Source: an uncultured Armatimonadetes bacterium (GTDB taxonomy: Bacteria > Armatimonadota > Hebobacteria > Hebobacterales > Hebobacteraceae). Taken from it: a stretch of 64,000 nucleotides of DNA. The stretch covers positions 3,776,001-3,840,000 of the forward strand of contig OY970296.1 of assembly GCA_963716175.1 (NCBI GenBank). Reading direction: 5' to 3'. Below are positions 59,500 through 64,000 of this stretch, in pieces (position 1 is the first letter of the stretch; each line of letters begins with the position of its first letter). A program made the position numbers and the translations under genes. Below the pieces are notes generated by a model, which had not been told where the DNA came from, did no database searches, and was given only the letters and a program-made list of their open reading frames with translations.

Positions 59500-59988
59500 C
59501 TACAGGCGGCCTAGCTGCCGCTTCACGTGGTCTCGCGCGAATCGCTCCTTGCCACCCGCATGCAGTGCCTGCAGATCAGTGCCCTTGCCATGCGGGAGCT
59601 TGGTGCTGGGCGCTTTGATCTTGCCCATCTCCGCCAGGATCTGCTTCAGGTTCTCGATTTCCTGATGCTGGAAATCCATGTTCTCGAGGACCAACTGGTG
59701 CATCTCGACCACGTGCTGGTGATCCTCCTGGGCCCGCTGCTCCTGCATCGCCGCGATCCGCTTGTCCCGGATCTCCGCCAGCGTGGCATAGAGCAGCACG
59801 ATGGAGCTGACCGCCACGCTCATCGTGTTCAGGTAGCTATTCACCGCCAGCACGAAATCCGTGCTGTGGGCGAACACGATCAGCGGCGCCAGCAGCGCGA
59901 TGGTGGCCAGGATGATGAACCGGTGAGTGAGGAACTTCACCGGGTACGGCAGCACGCGCCGGTCCAGGAACTCGTTGACCTTTTCCAT
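59500..59988 (-). CDS. Hypothetical two-TM membrane protein (DUF1003-like architecture)
   Basis: Two TM helices followed by a coiled coil; GGAGG RBS. Confidence 0.65.
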   Translation of the reverse strand: MEKVNEFLDRRVLPYPVKFLTHRFIILATIALLAPLIVFAHSTDFVLAVNSYLNTMSVAVSSIVLLYATLAEIRDKRIAAMQEQRAQEDHQHVVEMHQLVLENMDFQHQEIENLKQILAEMGKIKAPSTKLPHGKGTDLQALHAGGKERFARDHVKRQLGRL

Positions 59989-60228
59989 GGGCTACGACCT
60001 CCGCTCCCGTTCTCCGCGTGACCCCGATTCACCGCCGCCGCAGACGCGCCTTCCTGGGGCGCCGGGTTCCGGGCCTGATGGCCCGCAACACCGGGACGCC
60101 CTGCCATCGCGATGAGCAGGAGCCTTGGCCCGGGGCGGAGAAGGAGCCGCTGTCTGGCGAGGCCGTTGCCGAGGTGCCACCCCACGAGGGCCTCCAGGCG
60201 CGCAGCGTCAACGCGAGGAGGGGCAAAG

Positions 60229-62616
60229 ATGACTCGGCTTCATCGGCTCTTTGGCTTCTTGCTGCTCCTGGGTCTGACCGGAACTCCGCTCTATGCTCTC
60301 GAATCCGTCGGCGAGACCTGGCGCAGCCCCTTCGGCTACCCCTGGGCGGTGGCCGTGAACTCGGCCGACGGCTCCTGTTGGGCCACCACCGGATCCAGTG
60401 TCATGCACGTCAGCGAGGACGGGACTACTCTCAGCCAGTCCAACGGATTCTGGGCCCCAGACGAGCTCTCCGTGAACCCGAAGGACGGCTCCTGCTGGGT
60501 GGCCGACTGGGGCAACAGCCAGATCGTACACCTCAGCTCCGACGGCGAGGAGCAGTGGCGCGGAGGGGGCTTCCTGTGGCCTTACTCAGTGTCGGTCAAC
60601 CCCACCGATGGCTCCTGCTGGGTGGCCGACACCGGCAGCAGCCAGGTGGTGCACCTCAACGCCGACGGGCAAGAGCTGTGGCGAGGAGGGGTCTTCTCTT
60701 TCCCCTATCGCATCTCGGTCAACTCCAGCGACGGCTCCTGCTGGGTAACAGATAGTGACCTGGATGAGGTGATCCACCTCTCCGCCGACGGCAGCGAGCT
60801 TACCCGTGCCACCGGCTTCTACTATCCTTCGGGTGTCTCCGTCTACTCCAAGGACGGCTCCTGCTGGGTGGCGGATGGCGGCAACGGCCAGGTGGTGCAT
60901 CTCTCCGCCCAGGGCACGGAGCTGCTGCGGCTAAGCGGTTTTTCCTATCCCGCCTCCGTCTCGGCCAACTCCGCAGACGGCTCCTGCTGGGTGGCCGATA
61001 CTGGCGATCCCGCTTCAGATTCACCCCTACCCAGCCTGATCGTACACCTGGCCTCGGATGGCGGGGAGCTGTGGCGCGGGACCACCTTCTACTATCCGCA
61101 GGCGGTCGCCGTCAACCCGACCGACGGCTCCTGCTGGGTGGCCGATTCCGGCATGGCCCAGCTCGTCCACCTGAACGCCAGCGGAGGCCAGCTCTGGCGG
61201 GGAGGCTACCTCAACTACCCGGAGTCGGTCTCTGCCAACCAGGCCGATAACTCGTGCTGGGTCGCGGACACTGGTGGCAATCAGGTCCTCCACCTCGGCC
61301 CAACCGGCAGCGAGCTGTGGAAGGGCACCGCCTTCTTCTGGCCCACCTCCGTCTCCGTCAACCCGACAGACAGCTCTTGCTGGGTGGCCGACGACGGAAA
61401 TACCCAGGTCGTGCACCTCTCCGCCACGGGCAGCCAGCTCCTGCGCACAGGCCTCTTCTATAACCCTTGGTTCGCGGTCGTCAACCCCACCGACGGCTCC
61501 CTGTGGGTGATTGACTGGGGCGCCACCAGCTCTGAGGACGCGGTGGTCCACCTCACCCCGACCGGGGTGGAGCTCTGGCGAGGCCATGGGTTCCTTTCTC
61601 CCTCCTCGCTCTCTGTCAACCCCAGCGATGGCTCCTGCTGGGTGGCCGACACCGACCACAGCCAGGTGGTGCACCTGTCCGCCAGCCACCTCGAGCTGTG
61701 GCGTGGAGGGTCTTTCGCCGCGCCCGCCTCCGTCTCGGTTAACCCCACCGACGACTCCTGCTGGGTCACCGACGCCGACGGCGATCAGGTGATCCACCTC
61801 ACCGAAGGCGGAAGCGACATCTTGCGGGTGAGCGGCTTCGCCTGGCCCCTGTCCGTCTCCGTCAACCCCACCGACGGCTCCTGCTGGGTGGCGGACTCAG
61901 ACAACTTCCAGGTAGTGCACCTGTCCGCCGATGGCACCGAGCTGTGGCGGGGAGATGGCTTCTACGAGCCCTGGACGGTCTCGGTCAACCCGGCCGATGG
62001 CTCCTGCTGGGTGGCCGATACTTACAACGGACAGGTGGTCCACCTCTCGATCTGCTCTCCCTTCAGCGACATTGACTGCGATCAGTGGGCCCGAGATCAG
62101 ATTGTCGCCTGCGTCAACGCCCACATCGTCACCGGCTACCCGGATGGCACCTATCAGCCCAGCAATCCGGTCACCCGCGACCAGATGGCGGTCTACATCG
62201 CCCGCGCGGTGGCGGGTGGCGATGGCAATGTGCCCGAGTTCACCGGGGCGCCGACTTTCACCGATGTGGCGGCTGGCCACTGGGCGCTGAAGTACGTCGA
62301 GTACGCGGTGAGCCACGACGTGGTCCAGGGCTACGACCCTACCCACTATGTCCCGGATGCCGTGGTGGACCGGGGCCAGATGGCGGTGTTCGTCGCCCGC
62401 TCCCAGGGGTGGGTGAACCTGGGGGACGACATGACCACCGCCCCTCAGGTCTTCCCCGATGTCCCGGCCGGCTTCTGGGCCGGCACCGCCATCAAGGCCT
62501 GCGTGGACCATGCGGTGGTGCAGGGCTACCTGGACGGCCTCTACCATCCCAGCGACCCCGTCACCCGGGACCAGATGGCGGTGTATGTGGCGAGGGCGTT
62601 TGAGCTGGCGATGTGA
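60229..62616 (+). CDS. Secreted NHL-like beta-propeller repeat protein with three SLH domains
   Basis: 14 repeats of about 42 aa (P.SVSVNP.DGSCWVAD...QVVHL); SLH motifs GYPDG..P...VTRDQMA. Confidence 0.9.
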   Translation: MTRLHRLFGFLLLLGLTGTPLYALESVGETWRSPFGYPWAVAVNSADGSCWATTGSSVMHVSEDGTTLSQSNGFWAPDELSVNPKDGSCWVADWGNSQIVHLSSDGEEQWRGGGFLWPYSVSVNPTDGSCWVADTGSSQVVHLNADGQELWRGGVFSFPYRISVNSSDGSCWVTDSDLDEVIHLSADGSELTRATGFYYPSGVSVYSKDGSCWVADGGNGQVVHLSAQGTELLRLSGFSYPASVSANSADGSCWVADTGDPASDSPLPSLIVHLASDGGELWRGTTFYYPQAVAVNPTDGSCWVADSGMAQLVHLNASGGQLWRGGYLNYPESVSANQADNSCWVADTGGNQVLHLGPTGSELWKGTAFFWPTSVSVNPTDSSCWVADDGNTQVVHLSATGSQLLRTGLFYNPWFAVVNPTDGSLWVIDWGATSSEDAVVHLTPTGVELWRGHGFLSPSSLSVNPSDGSCWVADTDHSQVVHLSASHLELWRGGSFAAPASVSVNPTDDSCWVTDADGDQVIHLTEGGSDILRVSGFAWPLSVSVNPTDGSCWVADSDNFQVVHLSADGTELWRGDGFYEPWTVSVNPADGSCWVADTYNGQVVHLSICSPFSDIDCDQWARDQIVACVNAHIVTGYPDGTYQPSNPVTRDQMAVYIARAVAGGDGNVPEFTGAPTFTDVAAGHWALKYVEYAVSHDVVQGYDPTHYVPDAVVDRGQMAVFVARSQGWVNLGDDMTTAPQVFPDVPAGFWAGTAIKACVDHAVVQGYLDGLYHPSDPVTRDQMAVYVARAFELAM

Positions 62617-62720
62617 ATACTGGCTGCGACTCTTGTCGTTGCGCCCTGCTGCGTGGGATAATGCAGACGCTTCGATCAGGCCCGCAGGCGTTGTGCATCA
62701 GCTATGAAGGGGGAATCTGC

Positions 62721-64000
62721 ATGGCTGCTCGACCGGCGCACCCTCTGCTCTTCGCGTTGTCACTAATCTCGCTCACCCTCTGCGCGCTGGCGAGCGCGGC
62801 GCAATTCGAGGATCTCGGCCCGAAGCTAAACATACCCGGTTGCGTCGGCGCGGCGTGGGGGGACTACGATGGCGACGGATACCCGGACCTGTTCCTCCCC
62901 GCGAGCATGCCCAATTACCTCGCCCATCCCGATATGCTCCTCCACAACAACCGCAATCTCACCTTTACCAATGTAAGCTCACCGGCAGGCCTGCTGACGC
63001 AGCAGGTAGAGGACAACGGCGTGGCTTGGGCGGACTACAACAACGACGGGATGCTGGATGTTCTCGTTGGGTCCGGCACTGGCTACCCGAAACTCTACAG
63101 AAACGACGGCGGCCACTTCTCGGAGGTAGCGTCAACCTCTGGGCTCTATACGACGTCTCTGCACCCGGGGCGCAGCGTGTCGTGGTGTGACTACGACGGC
63201 GACAATCAACTCGATGTCTTCATCTGCAACATCCTGGACAACGTATCCATTCTGTACCACAACAATGGAGACGAGACGTTCACGGAAGTGACCCAGCAGG
63301 CCGGGATGAGTGGGCTTTCGATGCCATACTCGGCCTACTGCTCCGCCTGGGGCGACTATGACAACGATGGATGGCCAGACCTTATGGTCAGCCGGTTCCA
63401 GAAGCGGCCCATGCTCTTCCACAACAACGGAGACGGCACGTTCACGGAGGCGGAGATCTCTCTGCTTTCGAACATCGTAGACACTGCGGGCGTTGCCTGG
63501 GCTGACTACGACAACGACGGTTGGCTCGACTGCTATCTCGCAAGCGGAGAGGAAGGCCCCGATGCGTTGCTCCACAACAACAGAAACGGGACCTTCGCCG
63601 ATGTTGCGGCGGACGTGGGAATGGGGGCGGATATCTCCCATGGTTCTGCCGTCGCATGGGCAGACTACGATGACGATGGCTACCTTGATCTCTACGTTGG
63701 AAACCTGGAAGCGAACAACCAGCCTTTCCTGTACCACAACAAAGGCAATGGGACGTTCCTCGATGCGGCGCCATTGTCTGGACTGGACGGGAGTCGGCCG
63801 AATCTGGTGGCCGTCTGGGCGGATGTAGATCGAGACGGCCAGCTCGACCTCTTCCAAGGGGCGGCTGTCTCCTACCTGTTCCACAATGTCGGCCCCGCCG
63901 GCAACTGGCTGCGCGTGCAAGCGCTGACGAGCAAGAGCGGGTATGCGACTGGCAGCGACCCCGTGCGCGATGCTATCGGCGCGGTTGTCTCAATGAATCT
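62721..64000 (+). CDS. Secreted FG-GAP/VCBS repeat (CRTAC1/ASPIC-UnbV-like) protein, runs off the window
   Basis: Manual translation from ATG 62721: signal peptide, repeated AWGDYD.DG..DL and terminal GNWLRV..DAIGA. Confidence 0.88.
   Translation, partial: MAARPAHPLLFALSLISLTLCALASAAQFEDLGPKLNIPGCVGAAWGDYDGDGYPDLFLPASMPNYLAHPDMLLHNNRNLTFTNVSSPAGLLTQQVEDNGVAWADYNNDGMLDVLVGSGTGYPKLYRNDGGHFSEVASTSGLYTTSLHPGRSVSWCDYDGDNQLDVFICNILDNVSILYHNNGDETFTEVTQQAGMSGLSMPYSAYCSAWGDYDNDGWPDLMVSRFQKRPMLFHNNGDGTFTEAEISLLSNIVDTAGVAWADYDNDGWLDCYLASGEEGPDALLHNNRNGTFADVAADVGMGADISHGSAVAWADYDDDGYLDLYVGNLEANNQPFLYHNKGNGTFLDAAPLSGLDGSRPNLVAVWADVDRDGQLDLFQGAAVSYLFHNVGPAGNWLRVQALTSKSGYATGSDPVRDAIGAVVSMN

Noticed and set aside
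60300-62050. Regular 126-bp repeats (GGCTCCTGCTGGGTGGCCGA) as a CRISPR or other nucleic-acid array
   Set aside because: They are in-frame protein repeats with codon-position variation inside one ORF, and no cas genes are present.
62840-63920. ORF-track entries in the last 1.2 kb
   Set aside because: These are shadows of the FG-GAP protein starting at 62721, which has no stop codon within the window.

Overview
GC-rich bacterial chromosomal window. Armatimonadota-like origin is an inference from the Firmicutes-type pyr/PyrR genes, the SLH-anchored secreted proteins and the high GC. Housekeeping blocks: pyrK-pyrD and the PyrR-attenuated pyrR-pyrB-pyrC-carA-carB; murJ-lepA-hemW; yraN and comM; rpsB-tsf-pyrH-frr-uppS-dxr-rseP; hslU. 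These are interleaved with sugar and aminocyclitol metabolism genes, secreted repeat proteins and an MntA-HepT toxin-antitoxin pair. Several long genes are frameshifted (carB five times, pyrK, DUF2207, D-aminoacylase, DUF2723), most likely by assembly indels. Strongest candidates for new biology: (1) a GxxExxY PD-(D/E)XK nuclease gene inserted between lepA and hemW and bracketed by 32-bp inverted repeats, with related solo copies across the window, suggesting a nuclease-driven mobile repeat system; (2) a 101-bp two-hairpin element present twice, with covarying stems and complementary loops; (3) a fluoride riboswitch with terminator in front of an uncharacterised helical protein; (4) a nucleotidyltransferase-like gene paired with a HEPN/ADP-ribosyltransferase-like fusion; (5) GTAG-type REPs that overlap stop codons, sit in frame inside genes and flank a synonymously diverged duplicate of the carB 3' end. 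No tRNA, rRNA or CRISPR array was seen. All calls come from reading the sequence; no searches were run.
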